Source: a virus (Duplodnaviria; Caudoviricetes). Taken from it: 64,000 nt of DNA. The notes under the pieces were generated by a model. The model was not told the origin of the DNA, searched no databases, and worked only from the letters and a program-made list of their open reading frames with translations. The DNA is taken from IMG/VR virus record IMGVR_UViG_3300021387_000075. One strand, written 5' to 3'. The position numbers and the translations under genes are program-made. Below are positions 1 through 11,386 of this stretch, piece by piece (within the stretch, counting starts at the first letter, position 1; each line of letters opens with the position of its first letter).

Positions 1-1207
1 CTAATGCGGTAGTTCCAATGCTTACAACTCCGAAATTACATACAACTCCACTTACACCTAATGTAAGTACAGACGCAATGATGGTTACATTTTTATTATT
101 ATTTAAATCGATATTACTATCCTTAATAGTGCGGATACCACTTAGGGTAATATACCCATAGAGCACCGCGGCACAGCCACCAAAAATAGCACTGGGAATA
201 CTCACTAAGAAAGCTTGTAGCGGCCCGAAGAACGCAGCAATACCCATAATAACTGCGGCTAGGGTAATTACATATTTAGAGCAAATCTTACTGAAACCAG
301 TTGTGCCTACGCTCTCGCCATAAGAAGTGTTCATAAGACCGCAAGTAAAGCCGCCAACCATAGAGGCTACGCCATCTCCAATTAGAGTGTTGCCAACACC
401 CGGCTTTTGCGTTAAATCAGTACCAATAACGGCGCTTAGAGCCTTATGGTCGGAAATATGTTCGGCAATACATACAAAGGATAGGGGTACAAATAGTAGG
501 ACAATTTGCGCCAGCTCACTACCGTGAATGTTATTAAAATCCATATGTAGGAAAGCGAAGTCTGGTACCTGGAATAGTTTCATATTCTGGAATACACTAA
601 AATCAATAATAGGAATACCGCATACAGTCATAATTGCCGCAATTACATATACAATTAGAATGGCAAATAGGAAAGGCAGATTACGAATAAAGCCTTTTCC
701 ATAGTGAGAAATTAGCGCAGTAATGACTAATGTAAGCATACCCAATCCTAAACCAATTAGACTATACTGGCCATTTACTTGGAAGTAAGTAGGAATAAAT
801 GTGGCTAGATTAAGTCCAATAACTGCTACAATTGGGCCAATTACAACAGGTGGCAATAGTTTATTTATCCAGCCTGTACCGGCTTTGTTAATCGCTAGAC
901 CAACCGCGCAATAAATAAAGCATACAAGGACGCCGCCGATTGCGACTGCTGGATACGAGCCAATGGCCATTGCACCAAGAATGGCTGCTACAAATGCGCC
1001 AGAAGAGCTAATAAACATAGGGCTCTGGCCGCGAGTAAATAGCTGATAGATTAACGTGCCGAGGCAGGCGCCAATCATAGCTGGCGCGATAGGCAATCCA
1101 CAAATCTGGGGAATTAGAATTGTTGCTACGAAGCAAGCAACAACCTGTTGAAGTGCGGCAACAATTAGTCGCTTTATGGGAAGTTTGTCGTTAATGTTGT
1201 ATAGCAT
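1..1207 (-). CDS. Uracil/xanthine permease (NCS2 family), runs off the window edge
   Basis: Manual translation MLYNINDKLPIKRLIVAALQQVVACFVATILIPQICG..., later PPVVIGPIVAVIGL and NTTYGES motifs; hydrophobic; missing from the ORF track because no stop falls in the window. Confidence 0.85.
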   Translation of the reverse strand, partial: MLYNINDKLPIKRLIVAALQQVVACFVATILIPQICGLPIAPAMIGACLGTLIYQLFTRGQSPMFISSSGAFVAAILGAMAIGSYPAVAIGGVLVCFIYCAVGLAINKAGTGWINKLLPPVVIGPIVAVIGLNLATFIPTYFQVNGQYSLIGLGLGMLTLVITALISHYGKGFIRNLPFLFAILIVYVIAAIMTVCGIPIIDFSVFQNMKLFQVPDFAFLHMDFNNIHGSELAQIVLLFVPLSFVCIAEHISDHKALSAVIGTDLTQKPGVGNTLIGDGVASMVGGFTCGLMNTSYGESVGTTGFSKICSKYVITLAAVIMGIAAFFGPLQAFLVSIPSAIFGGCAAVLYGYITLSGIRTIKDSNIDLNNNKNVTIIASVLTLGVSGVVCNFGVVSIGTTAL

Positions 1208-1209
1208 AA

Positions 1210-1674
1210 TTATTTCTCCTTGTATTTAAGTTTTCCATCGTGAATTGTATTTGTAGCATATGTAGTTGTGTTTGTATATGAATTTGAGAGTGGATCCCAA
1301 TAATCACTTCCGCCAACAGCAGGACTACCGGTTGCGGCATAAACTGTGGCGTCTGGATGAATTTTAAATGTCTCTGAGTCTATTTGTGCCTGTGCAGATG
1401 TTCCGTTACAAGTAACTTTATAATCAGACCACCACGGCTTTGTATAATAATCTTTGGTCCAAGTAATATCCCATTTATCCAATTTATCATTTCTAGAACA
1501 ATCACATTGCCTTACCCAAGGCGCATTAATGCGGCCACAACGTGGGCATTCCCAGCCTTTTTCAGCGCTATAAGAAGGATTACTGTAAGTATAAGTTGTA
1601 CTTGTACTAGTACTAGTACTAGTACTAGTTCCTTTAACTGTATCTCCAGTCTAAACTTTATTTATTGTTTGCAT
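1210..1674 (-). CDS. Hypothetical protein with Zn-ribbon (GWECPRCGRINAPWVRQCDC) and TS repeat; one in-frame TAG
   Basis: ATG at 1674, TAG at 1651-1653, in frame with ORF 1210..1482. Confidence 0.7.
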
Positions 1675-1679
1675 ATATA

Positions 1680-2330
1680 TTACCTCCGATCAGAACCATA
1701 TTGTTCTTTTAGTAGTGGTAGAATTTCATCAAATGAATTATGAAGCGTATGATCTTCCGTAGCATACAAAATCATGCCATATAGCATCTGGTTAATGCTG
1801 AAACTTCTGCGCCAATCTTTCTCATTAAGGTGGTTGGTGCGAATATCGAAGTAATGGGCATAATTTTTCTTTTGCCATTGTCTATTCATACTTTCATAGA
1901 AACAATCATACATATATGCCTTTTGTTCTTGTGTCATATCAGAATAATCAATTGCAAAATGCCCATCATCAGGATACTTTTGATGAAATTTTTCTTTAGC
2001 TTCTTCGCTAATTCGTTCAATCATATATTTCCATCCATAAAGCACGCCCATTTCGCACATAGTACCAATGGCGCTCTGTTCTGGGCACAGAACAGTATAA
2101 TCACTATTCCACAGACGCTCAATATCCGCTTCACAGATTTTTTCCGCTAGATGATTATTCTCTTCTTCTGTCATATTAGACTTATCATTGATTGACTTAT
2201 TCTGTACGGGACTATATACTTCGCCGGGGATGCCCGCAGCTTTAAACTTATCATATTCTTCTTGGCGCGCGAGATTAGAGCCGTATGTCATGATATCGCC
2301 GCCCAAATAACCGAGAGGTTTATTAGCCAT
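1680..2330 (-). CDS. Nucleoside 2-deoxyribosyltransferase-like protein
   Basis: YLGG...YSP...ICEADIERLWNSD...AIGTMCEMG pattern. Confidence 0.7.
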   Translation of the reverse strand: MANKPLGYLGGDIMTYGSNLARQEEYDKFKAAGIPGEVYSPVQNKSINDKSNMTEEENNHLAEKICEADIERLWNSDYTVLCPEQSAIGTMCEMGVLYGWKYMIERISEEAKEKFHQKYPDDGHFAIDYSDMTQEQKAYMYDCFYESMNRQWQKKNYAHYFDIRTNHLNEKDWRRSFSINQMLYGMILYATEDHTLHNSFDEILPLLKEQYGSDRR

Positions 2331-2499
2331 TCGAATCCTCCTTATGCGTCAAATCCCACATAATATCATACATTTCTTGCTTAAATCCTTCTGGCTGATC
2401 TTTTAGCGGCAGCATCCACCAAGCAAGTCCTGCATCTGGATGACGTTTAAAGTATTCATCAATTAGCTGATCGTAAAAATTTTTCATACTTATTCCTCC

Positions 2500-2823
2500 T
2501 TAATCTAATGTCCGGATAAAATAACTTATATCTTCCTTATTACCTTTTTTATCCAAATGATTCAATGCCTTTTCATAGTATTTATAATATAAGTCACTAT
2601 AATGATTTGATAGCGCCTCAGCCCCGTCATGATAATACATCCAACATTTGTGGTTTAGTATCATTACGAGTTCAGTCAGATATTTTACATCATTCTTCCA
2701 CTCTTTATAGGCTCGTGCGGCTGTGTCATCAATAGCTTCATAACCAAATCGTTCTGCAATACTAAAATCAGACCAAAAGGTAGTAAAGGTGGCATAATCT
2801 TCGTAATTCATTTTATCCTCCAT
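2500..2823 (-). CDS. Hypothetical phage protein
   Basis: ORF track; preceded by a consensus promoter. Confidence 0.7.
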   Translation of the reverse strand: MEDKMNYEDYATFTTFWSDFSIAERFGYEAIDDTAARAYKEWKNDVKYLTELVMILNHKCWMYYHDGAEALSNHYSDLYYKYYEKALNHLDKKGNKEDISYFIRTLD

Positions 2824-2832
2824 TTTTCTTTT

Positions 2833-2861
2833 ATTATATCATGAATTTGAAAAAAAGTCAA
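2833..2861 (-). promoter_or_regulatory. Sigma-A/sigma70 promoter TTGACT-N17-TATAAT
   Basis: Near-consensus boxes with 17-nt spacer; the motif recurs about 15 times in the window. Confidence 0.8.
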
Positions 2862-2862
2862 A

Positions 2863-2891
2863 TAAAAAAGGTGGGCGCTTTCGCGCCCATC
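2863..2891 (-). terminator. Intrinsic terminator
   Basis: ATGGGCGC-GAAA-GCGCCCAC hairpin followed by a U-tract on the minus strand. Confidence 0.75.
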
Positions 2892-4112
2892 TTATATTAT
2901 AGAAGCTAATTCCGCAACTTCGGAACGTTCTGTTTTTAATAGTTTTACACTACCAAATAGTTTATTACCTGCAAGTGAATTTACCAATCTTTCAAGACCA
3001 TTATTACTTTCAAACTTCTTACCATCAGTTTGATAGGTATCACCATTGATCCATAGTTCAGAATTTTTTCCGCAGCGGCTTACCAATAGTTTATAGCCGC
3101 CACCCGTAATGTTCTGACCTTCTGAAACGTAAAGAATTGCGTCATCCCAACTACAACCACGAATAAAGCCTAAATTAACCGCTTCAATTTGTCCTGCCTG
3201 TTGGGCCATATACAATCCTTCTTCTCCCAAAATACTTTCAATTGGTCCGAGACCCCAAGCAATTTTTTCTTGGAGAGAGCCCTGTAAAAATCCAATTTCT
3301 GGCGCGTCCTTAAATGGAACAAGGTTACGGATAAAGATAATTTTTTCTTTCTTTCCGCGCTGTACTAAGTCCCACGCGTGAAGGAACATTAAGAAATCCT
3401 TACCGCCGCCCGGTACGCCCGATAGTAATTTTACAGGGATATTCGGATTTTGAAGTAAGTCAAACGCCATCTTCTGCTCTAAGTTCAATGGAGTAATAGT
3501 TTTATTTAAATAATTGGATTTTAAATCTTTGTACTTTAATGGCCTATATTCATTTCCAGTCCAGAATAAAACATCTTTTAGTTCTGAGCCTTCATAAATC
3601 TTACAGAACTCATTCGTCTTACACTTTAAAACATTCATAGTTGGATCGGTATAAAGTAAAGACATTTCTTCTGTATTTGGATAATACTTGCCCCAGCCGC
3701 ACCACAATGATTTTTCTTGCATCTGAGAAGGCGCATATACACCCATCAAATGCGGCAATTGTAATGAAAAAGTATATTGTGCTGCATCGCTAGTCAGAAA
3801 CACAATATCCTTACCCTATTCTATGGCGGCAAGCTCCGCGGCCAATAGAATACGATGATCGTTAATATCACTTAAAAATGTATATTTCTTTAATAGCTTA
3901 TCAATCTTTTTATTGTCTGTTATAATTACTGAAAATTGATCTGTACTTATAATTTTTCTTACTGCTTCCCGTGCCTTATATTTAATATCTGGATCTTTCT
4001 CATTAGTCTTAATATGTTCTAGTTCAGATAAAGTTAAAGGGCTGATAGCAACTTGTGCTTCGCCCAAATTCTGATGTAAGATAGCAGATGTATCCGCCCA
4101 ATGTGTAATCAT
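2892..4112 (-). CDS. phoH: PIN-PhoH fusion protein (PIN RNase + PhoH ATPase); one in-frame TAG
   Basis: ORFs 3816..4112 and 2892..3803 join in frame across TAG 3816-3818 to give NDHRILLAAELAAIE[Q]GKDIVFLTSD; Walker A GVPGGGKD; FIRGCSW and SEGQN motifs. Confidence 0.85.
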
Positions 4113-4714
4113 TTGTCCTCAACTCCGTAAATATGATCTAGCAGCCCCAGTTCAACACATTCGGGCGCCTTTAAGAACCACTGCTTGCGCGCATGGGCAT
4201 CATAATTTTCCGGAGTTATTTTTGTATTAGCAATAATAAAGTCACGAATATCTGCATCTACACCTTTATTAAATTCCATAATGTCATCAGCAGTACGAGC
4301 TTCACTAGAATCAAGCGCTACATATCCATCATGGAGTAGAACATAGGAAGCAGGGAAACCATATCGAATTACATTTTCATTTTTTCCGCCACCAGCAAGG
4401 ATAATACCAGCCATACTTGCGGCCATACCAGGAACAATAATATTTAAAGGTTTGGAATACATAGAAATGTATTGAGCGAGGTAGAAGCCATTCGTTACGC
4501 TACCTCCCGCAGAATTCAGAATCAATGTTACCGGCTCGGTAGAACTATCATGTTCAAACTCGCGCATCGGTAAAAAGACCTTTTCAATTGTTTCATCACA
4601 TACATAATCATTTAGAATAATAGTACGTTTATTAAACAGCTGATGAAAATATTGGTAAGTAATAGGATCAAACCCGTATTTTTCTACTTCGCTAAATAGT
4701 TCTTCTAAATCCAT
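4109..4714 (-). CDS. clpP: ClpP-like protease
   Basis: LNSAGGSV, GMAASMAG and LLHDG motifs. Confidence 0.85.
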   Translation of the reverse strand: MDLEELFSEVEKYGFDPITYQYFHQLFNKRTIILNDYVCDETIEKVFLPMREFEHDSSTEPVTLILNSAGGSVTNGFYLAQYISMYSKPLNIIVPGMAASMAGIILAGGGKNENVIRYGFPASYVLLHDGYVALDSSEARTADDIMEFNKGVDADIRDFIIANTKITPENYDAHARKQWFLKAPECVELGLLDHIYGVEDK

Positions 4715-4743
4715 AAGTCCTCCTCAGCTACGCTTGCGCGTGC

Positions 4744-5871
4744 TTATCCTATAATTTTTGCTAGCGTACAATCTTTGGGATCCAGATCACCCTTTCTTAT
4801 AGAACGTAAGATAGGATGGCGGATTGATATTCCTTCACCTTCAGCATTAGCACGCCGCTCGGAAACCATCATTCCGGTAATTGTGACTGGCACGTTAATC
4901 CACTCGCTTAGATTATCGCGCAAAGCAGTTTTAAATTCTTCTGTAAGACCGCTAACCTTACAGAGTGGAATAATAGTTCCCTCTTTATTATAAATGCCTA
5001 CTTGAATTGCGGCAGGCCATCCATGATAATAATTCTTGGTAACTGGTAATAGCGCACCACCAGTTTGGTATTCTCCAAAGTATTCTCCATAAAGAAGTTC
5101 TCCGGTACGGCTATTTTCCCAATAGGGCCAATTACCAATATCATCACCGTGATAAATTTTTTCGCCCTGAGCAACACCAGTAATAATGGCATCTACATCA
5201 GTTGTAATTTCTTGTTTTACTTTAATAGTAGTCCATGCTGAACTGCGTTTGCCAGGAGTATAAAGTACCCCTTTCTTATAGCAAACTGCGCCTTCACCGC
5301 CGTGGCCAATAATGTCCGCCACGCTGTCGAAGAATGTTTCGTCCATTTCATAGAATTTCACAGCTTTCACCAATGGACTATTGATACGTTTTACAACTTC
5401 ATCAATATACTTTACTCTTTCTTCAATAGGCTTATCCAAGAACTCGATTCCATCTAGCGCCAGTACATCAAAAATGCGCCATTCTACTGGCTGATCTTTT
5501 TGCCGTGCAAGCGCTTTTGGCGCGAGACATCTTAGTACGGAACCGACGGTAGCATCTACACCGCCAGGAATATAACCTTCACCCAATAGCACAGTTGTGC
5601 CTTTCTGAAAGGCATTACATACATCATTCCAAAACAATACTTTATCCTGTACTTCCCCGTAAGTCTTAGTTACTGTACTAATACCACGAGTTTGTAGCGC
5701 TGTACGTTCTGGTGTAATGACACCGCGCAAGAAGTTACCATCGTATTTCTGACTCCAAATATATTGCCCGCTCGCGGCGGCTTGCTCCAATTTCATTTGG
5801 CGCATTTCCTTAGACGTGGAGGCGGTTGGAGCCCAATATTTTTGAATACCAAGTTCAAAAAAATTAGTCAT
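4744..5871 (-). CDS. ATP-dependent DNA ligase
   Basis: QKYDG, LLGE, IFDVL, GEGAV, KVK motifs; C-terminal OB fold (KVSGL, IRHP). Confidence 0.9.
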   Translation of the reverse strand: MTNFFELGIQKYWAPTASTSKEMRQMKLEQAAASGQYIWSQKYDGNFLRGVITPERTALQTRGISTVTKTYGEVQDKVLFWNDVCNAFQKGTTVLLGEGYIPGGVDATVGSVLRCLAPKALARQKDQPVEWRIFDVLALDGIEFLDKPIEERVKYIDEVVKRINSPLVKAVKFYEMDETFFDSVADIIGHGGEGAVCYKKGVLYTPGKRSSAWTTIKVKQEITTDVDAIITGVAQGEKIYHGDDIGNWPYWENSRTGELLYGEYFGEYQTGGALLPVTKNYYHGWPAAIQVGIYNKEGTIIPLCKVSGLTEEFKTALRDNLSEWINVPVTITGMMVSERRANAEGEGISIRHPILRSIRKGDLDPKDCTLAKIIG

Positions 5872-6439
5872 TATTTTCTCCTTCTTTAATAAGTCCTAGG
5901 TCTGTTAGCAAAGTAATTGCACTTTCTTTCAATACATCTAGCCCTTCATCGTTATGAATAATATAGTCAAAACCATAATTATCCAAAGAAGTTTCACTGG
6001 GATGCTTCAATTGCGCTTCTGTAAAAGCAGGATTAAGCCACAAAGATCCGTCTGGATTTTTGCGCTCAATGCGCGCGCAAATAGTATTTGGTACCATATC
6101 CATTACAATTTCTACTTCGTTAGGAAAACGCGCATCTGGAATTAGTACCACATCAAATTCATTTTCAAATGAAGAAACAAGTCCTGCTACGATTGTAGTC
6201 CAGAAATTTGGATACTTTGCACGCACTACATCTGTTCCAATATGTTGGAGAAGTGTGCGGCCTTTTTCATCCTTTTGGCCGTCCCAATTAAAAAAGTCCT
6301 TAAGTACCCATTTTACTGCGTCTCCATAATGAATTGTTAGAACGCGTAGTCCTTCTTCTTCAAGGCGTTCGCGCATAAAATGAGCTAGCATGTCTTTACC
6401 ATGACCGGATTTACCAGAAATAATAATACACTTATTCAT
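5864..6439 (-). CDS. Deoxynucleoside monophosphate kinase-like
   Basis: SGKSGHGKD P-loop, RTLLQHIGTD, IPDARFPNE, HPSE. Confidence 0.8.
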   Translation of the reverse strand: MNKCIIISGKSGHGKDMLAHFMRERLEEEGLRVLTIHYGDAVKWVLKDFFNWDGQKDEKGRTLLQHIGTDVVRAKYPNFWTTIVAGLVSSFENEFDVVLIPDARFPNEVEIVMDMVPNTICARIERKNPDGSLWLNPAFTEAQLKHPSETSLDNYGFDYIIHNDEGLDVLKESAITLLTDLGLIKEGENND

Positions 6440-6632
6440 CCTTTAATAACTCCATTTGTAAATTAAAATAAAATTGTAAAAATTCGCGCTCCTCATCAGT
6501 GGGAGCGGCAGCGGTATAGTCTGATAGAAACTTTACCGTACTTATTGGATTATGAAAAGTTTGAGCCAAGCGCCAAGCAATTTCCGCATTGGATCGTACC
6601 TTTTCTGAAATATCAGGAAACAGTTCCGTCAT
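6432..6632 (-). CDS. Hypothetical protein
   Basis: ORF track; operonic overlap. Confidence 0.6.
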   Translation of the reverse strand: MTELFPDISEKVRSNAEIAWRLAQTFHNPISTVKFLSDYTAAAPTDEEREFLQFYFNLQMELLKDE

Positions 6633-6945
6633 TTTCTTTCTTCTATAATTTATTTAAAATATCAAAGAAGGCTTGGACTTCTTCCTTAGTTTCTAACTTA
6701 TACTAGCGTATTCTTTTTGGTGCCTGACGTTCATCATCATCGGGCAGCTCAAAGATATAATACTCTTCCTCCGAATCATCATGAATAATACGCTCAGTAA
6801 TTAGTTTTCCAGTTTTCTTGCTTCTCAGGCGGATATAAGTATCATTTTTCTAATAATCTTTTTCCATATCAAAGCAATCCACTTTCATCTCACCAATTAA
6901 GCCAGCGTATTCATCACGCTCTACTTTAAATATATTTTTATCCAT
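6613..6945 (-). CDS. Hypothetical protein (3 in-frame TAG)
   Basis: MDKNIFKVERDEYAG...; TAG at 6850, 6703, 6643; ends TGA; fills the gap between neighbours. Confidence 0.65.
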
Positions 6946-7450
6946 CTTGTAACCCTCTAAAACTGTCTTTAAGTTGTTGCGCTTCAGCCTGGGCTAGCCT
7001 GTCGCATTCATTATTCCAATAATTATTGGCGTGACCCTTAACTTTTCCAAAGTAGTACCAAAAATTATCAAAGTACGGAATAATTTCACCCCATAAGTCA
7101 TCATTTGCGACAGGCTCCCCAGAAGAATTTTTCCATCCGTTCTGAAGCCACTTATCATACCATTGTTGTTGATAGCAATTGATAGCATATGCCGAATCGC
7201 TATAAATATAAACTTTTTCACTTGGGTGCCGATTCTGGTTGGCGTATATTAGCGCATTACGAATTGCGGTGAGTTCCATGCGCTGATTCGTAGTTTGTTG
7301 TTCGCCGCCAGATGCTCGATATAAGAATTCCCCACCACGTAGTACTATAAAACTCCATCCACCAAATCGAATGTTAGCTACACTTTTGCATGACCCATCT
7401 GTATAAATTTCTAGTGAAGGTATTAGCATATTACTACGTTTTTGTTCCAT
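6938..7450 (-). CDS. rnhA: Ribonuclease HI
   Basis: YTDGS, TNQRMELTA, YSDSAY, KVKGH, NNECDRLA. Confidence 0.93.
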   Translation of the reverse strand: MEQKRSNMLIPSLEIYTDGSCKSVANIRFGGWSFIVLRGGEFLYRASGGEQQTTNQRMELTAIRNALIYANQNRHPSEKVYIYSDSAYAINCYQQQWYDKWLQNGWKNSSGEPVANDDLWGEIIPYFDNFWYYFGKVKGHANNYWNNECDRLAQAEAQQLKDSFRGLQDG

Positions 7451-7501
7451 TTTCTCATCCTCCTTTTAATTTATTATATAATAAATTAAAAGAAATGTCA
7501 A

Positions 7502-7945
7502 TTATTTGAGAAAATCGTTTTTACTTAGTCTTTCTTTATAGATAGACTAAATCCATTCGTATTCGGTATCGAATACTCCATTTTGATCGCCGGTTTTCTT
7601 TAATAGCGCTTTGTACTTATCATGTAGGTCTGAGATATGTCTAAATTCATCCTAAGAATGTTTATCTCCATGCCTACATGAGTTCGCAAAGTCTAAGATT
7701 TCCCAACGAATTCGGTCCTTTTCATTTGCATCCACATTATCCTATAAATCTGAAACCTAATCAGCTATGTCATCTATCTTATTATTGATATCGTGTGTTA
7801 AATTTTTTCCGATCCATTTAATAAGCGATGAGATTGGGTTCCATTTAATAGGAGTAATTTGGATGAAAATGGAGAATATTAGAAAGACTTGGACGAAGTT
7901 ATGCACAAGCCAATCTAATATGCGTTCAAGCTAAGCTTGATCCAT
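7502..7945 (-). CDS. Phage membrane protein, holin-like (5 in-frame TAG)
   Basis: N-terminal TM segment then IQITPIKWNP...RIRWEILDFANSCRHG; GGAGG RBS; TAA stop. Confidence 0.7.
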
Positions 7946-8020
7946 TGGTGTCACCTCCAGTTGGAAGTTTTATATATAAACTCTATCGTGGGATAGAGAT
8001 TTATAACACGATAAATTTAT

Positions 8021-10447
8021 TTATAAATGACCATTTAAGATATCAATTATATCAATCATACCAGCAAGAAATGTAATCTAAATCTAGACTGATTTAGAAT
8101 TAGCTGCGAACGTTTCCGCCCACTAAGATTGTTTAGTGGTTACAACATCGTTTGATGTTCTAGTACCGATTTCATTTTTTTCAGAAACATTATTAATGAT
8201 ATTTGCGCGCGAGCCATTACTTTTTTTATTAAAAGCTTCTGTTCCTTTTAAATATTCACTATCTAATTGTGAATATGCATCTAATAATCCATTATATGTT
8301 AATTGTAATATAAAGGATGAAGGATAGTAATTTCCATTTAAATAATATAAATGTAGAAATTTTGAACCATTATAGCTAGACAAACGATAGCGTTCATCTA
8401 ACTATTTTCGTAGATATACAGCTTGCTATCCCGCATCATCAAACATCAACATAACTGCTACCGTAGATAAAATATTTTCTATTGGCTCTTTATAATCAGA
8501 GCCAATTAAACCGGCTCCTGCATTATAAATTGCAAAAGTTAGCCATTCAACGTCTGGAAATGAAATACCGCCATACTAAAACATTTTCTAGATATTTTCT
8601 AATTGATGCTCTACAGTTCCACCAATTGATCCACCGTGAAATCCATGTTTATTGTCATATTTATTATAGCTTTTTACAGTTGAGCCGATAGAAACGGAAT
8701 TTTTTAAATTAGAAAGTACCGATTGAATTTCATCTACCTTTACTCCTTTTCTTTTTAACTATGCGGTAATCTATTCAATTTCTTTTTCTTTTATTGCTAA
8801 TCTTCTCATGGTTTCTGCTTCAATTGAAAATTCCTATGATCCAAATTTTTTATCTTGTCGAAAAGTTTTTTCATTAAATTTTATATTTTTACTATTAATA
8901 TCAACATCGGTAATTTCTAGAGAATCCATATAATTTTTTGTAATTTGCTAAGCAATATAAGCCCAGTCAACATTCTGTGGAATTAAGGCCACCTTTCCGA
9001 TTTCTATACCCGCAACGTCGGCTTTTTGTGTCCCAAAGGTTAAAAATATTGCACGTAACTGTCCAATAAGCGTTGGAGCTTTATTTAATGTCCAACTTGA
9101 AAAGCCTTCTGAAATTATATTGTCTTTCGCTGCTATTTGTACCTTAACCAATTTTTGATTTTTAATTAATTCATTAGCAATTCCAACAATTTCTTGTGCA
9201 TTCCATTTTTTAGCTTTTATTTTTATTGGTTTGTTACGATAAGTTTCAGAAAGAGCCTGAAAAAGATTGTCTTTGGTCCAAACTTTTTTATTACTAACGG
9301 AAGTTTTTTTCTTGTTTTTTGCTAGTATTGACTATATTAAATTAATAATATCTTGTGAGAGATTATTGATTGAATGTCCATCATCACCGACGGATAGCGA
9401 TATATCATTTTTAACTTCTTTTATAATTCTATCTGTAGATAACGTAAGCTGCTACTCTGCTTTTAATAAAGTTTCTGCTTCTCCTTTTAACGAAGTTAAT
9501 AAATGGCGTTCTAAGGCCATACTGGTAGTTTCTCCAGGCTAAATATCTAATTTATCTAAAAATGTTCGTACAAAATTATCTACTTCTGTCTAATTTAATG
9601 TTACTTTATATTCTTTTTCATCAAAATAGCTAGTTAACATACCCTAACTTTCCGTTAATATTTCCTAAATTAAATATGCAGTTACCTATTGTTCATACCC
9701 TTTTAAACCAGTATTTAAAACCGCATTTTCGATCTATGTGCGAAAATCAGTATTATTCCAAATTTTATTATAAATGGAATTAAATTGATTTTGAATAGTA
9801 TTTGCCATAGTTTTAGTATTAAATCCAAATTGCTAATCCGCCCTAGAGATCCACTTTTTATCATCTCTAGCTCCTTCAATTAAAAATTGGCGAAAGGCAA
9901 CATAAAAACTAGAATCTTTATATTCTAAGAGATTCGTTTCTTTATTTTTAATCTAAATTGTATAAGTTCCATCTGGATTTTGAGTATAATGTTTATGAAA
10001 TTCATCATATAATTCCTATAATTTGGTTAAACGTTTTGATTCATATTCTAAATTTTTTTTATAATTATCTAATCCAGTATAATATTCATTAATCATATTT
10101 ATAAAAGCAACATAATCAATAGTTCCTTCAGTAGAAAGAATATCAGAGCAACGTTTTCTAATCCCGGGTGTTAACTTATCATTATTTGCGATATTAGTTA
10201 TAAAATATTCACGTTCATTCTTCTATTCATTTTCAATCATGGCTTTCAAAAAATCCATAGCTCCTTTAATAATTTCTAGCCCTTCATCATTATCTGGCGT
10301 TATTGAATTAAGATTAGAAGCGAGAACGCTTTTAACAGCATTGCCTAGTTCCGTACCTTCTAAAGATTTAAAGAAAAAATATCGACTACCAGTTGTAACA
10401 CTACTCTCTGGGAAATATACATCAAAATATTGTTTATTTTCAGGCAT
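8021..10447 (-). CDS. Large unknown protein (~808 aa, roughly 20 in-frame TAG)
   Basis: ORF fragments at 10223, 8948 and 8123 share one frame; ATG at 10447 with RBS; TAA at 8021. Confidence 0.7.
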
Positions 10448-10516
10448 ACTCTCCCTCCCATTAAAAAAATAAAGCCATTCTTTCGAATAGCTTCTCCTCA
10501 AAGATAAGTCCTAATA

Positions 10517-11386
10517 TTATAATTGAATTACTTCAAATTGTTCAATATCATGATTTTTTATTTCTTTATTTTCAAATTCTGTGTCCCTAAATCCAATTAC
10601 TTGCATAGTTAAACAATTTAAAACATACAGTCTTCCATTATTATAAGTCCCAACATCCATATCTAATTTCTTCCCAGTCCATTTATCGTCTAAAAATCCA
10701 GTATAAAGACATGGATGAGCATTTGCCTTACTTTTATCTTTCCCGTAATATTTCGTGGGTAAATAATAAGTTGGAGTATGCCCATAAATACATACACGAT
10801 TCGGCGTCCAGCTCATCCCTAAATAGTTTCGATCCCAAAGAAGTAACTCTGCATCTTCCTTATCTGGTATTTCACCTTCATATTCATCATTAGCAACGCT
10901 TTGAAAAATCTTATAATTCGCGCCCGCATGACAGAAGTCAAAAGGCTGGGAATCCAAGCTAAAAGTTAAGGGCAATTTCGCAATCTCCGATACGAAATTA
11001 TTGGGCATCCCATCCATCATCCAATCAATGAGAGTTGGCATACCGCCATTATAAATGGCTAGTTGTACTTGGGATGCAGCATTATCTTTGGTGAATAAAG
11101 AATATAAATATGCCTTAACAGTTTCTAGTTCAAGCGGCCCCTTATAATCATTTAAAATAAAGCGTGCGGCCGCGACAAACATATCTTCATGATTGCCTTT
11201 AAGATATACTACTTGTGGATTATCAAGTAGTTCGCGCATAATCTTATATCCATCGGACCCGCGGTCGCAGGCATCGCCGCCATAAATAATCATACTCTCT
11301 GGATCTTGCTTTAAGCAATAATCTATTGCGGCTTTATATAACTGATAATATCCATGCACGTCTGTAAAATAAAATATATCATGCAT
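10517..11386 (-). CDS. Ser/Thr phosphatase-type metallophosphoesterase
   Basis: TDVHG, GDACDRG, KGNHE, HAG, GHTP. Confidence 0.9.
   Translation of the reverse strand: MHDIFYFTDVHGYYQLYKAAIDYCLKQDPESMIIYGGDACDRGSDGYKIMRELLDNPQVVYLKGNHEDMFVAAARFILNDYKGPLELETVKAYLYSLFTKDNAASQVQLAIYNGGMPTLIDWMMDGMPNNFVSEIAKLPLTFSLDSQPFDFCHAGANYKIFQSVANDEYEGEIPDKEDAELLLWDRNYLGMSWTPNRVCIYGHTPTYYLPTKYYGKDKSKANAHPCLYTGFLDDKWTGKKLDMDVGTYNNGRLYVLNCLTMQVIGFRDTEFENKEIKNHDIEQFEVIQL

Noticed and set aside
1596-1630. ACTAGT tandem repeat as a regulatory element
   Set aside because: It encodes a Thr-Ser run within the 1210-1674 gene
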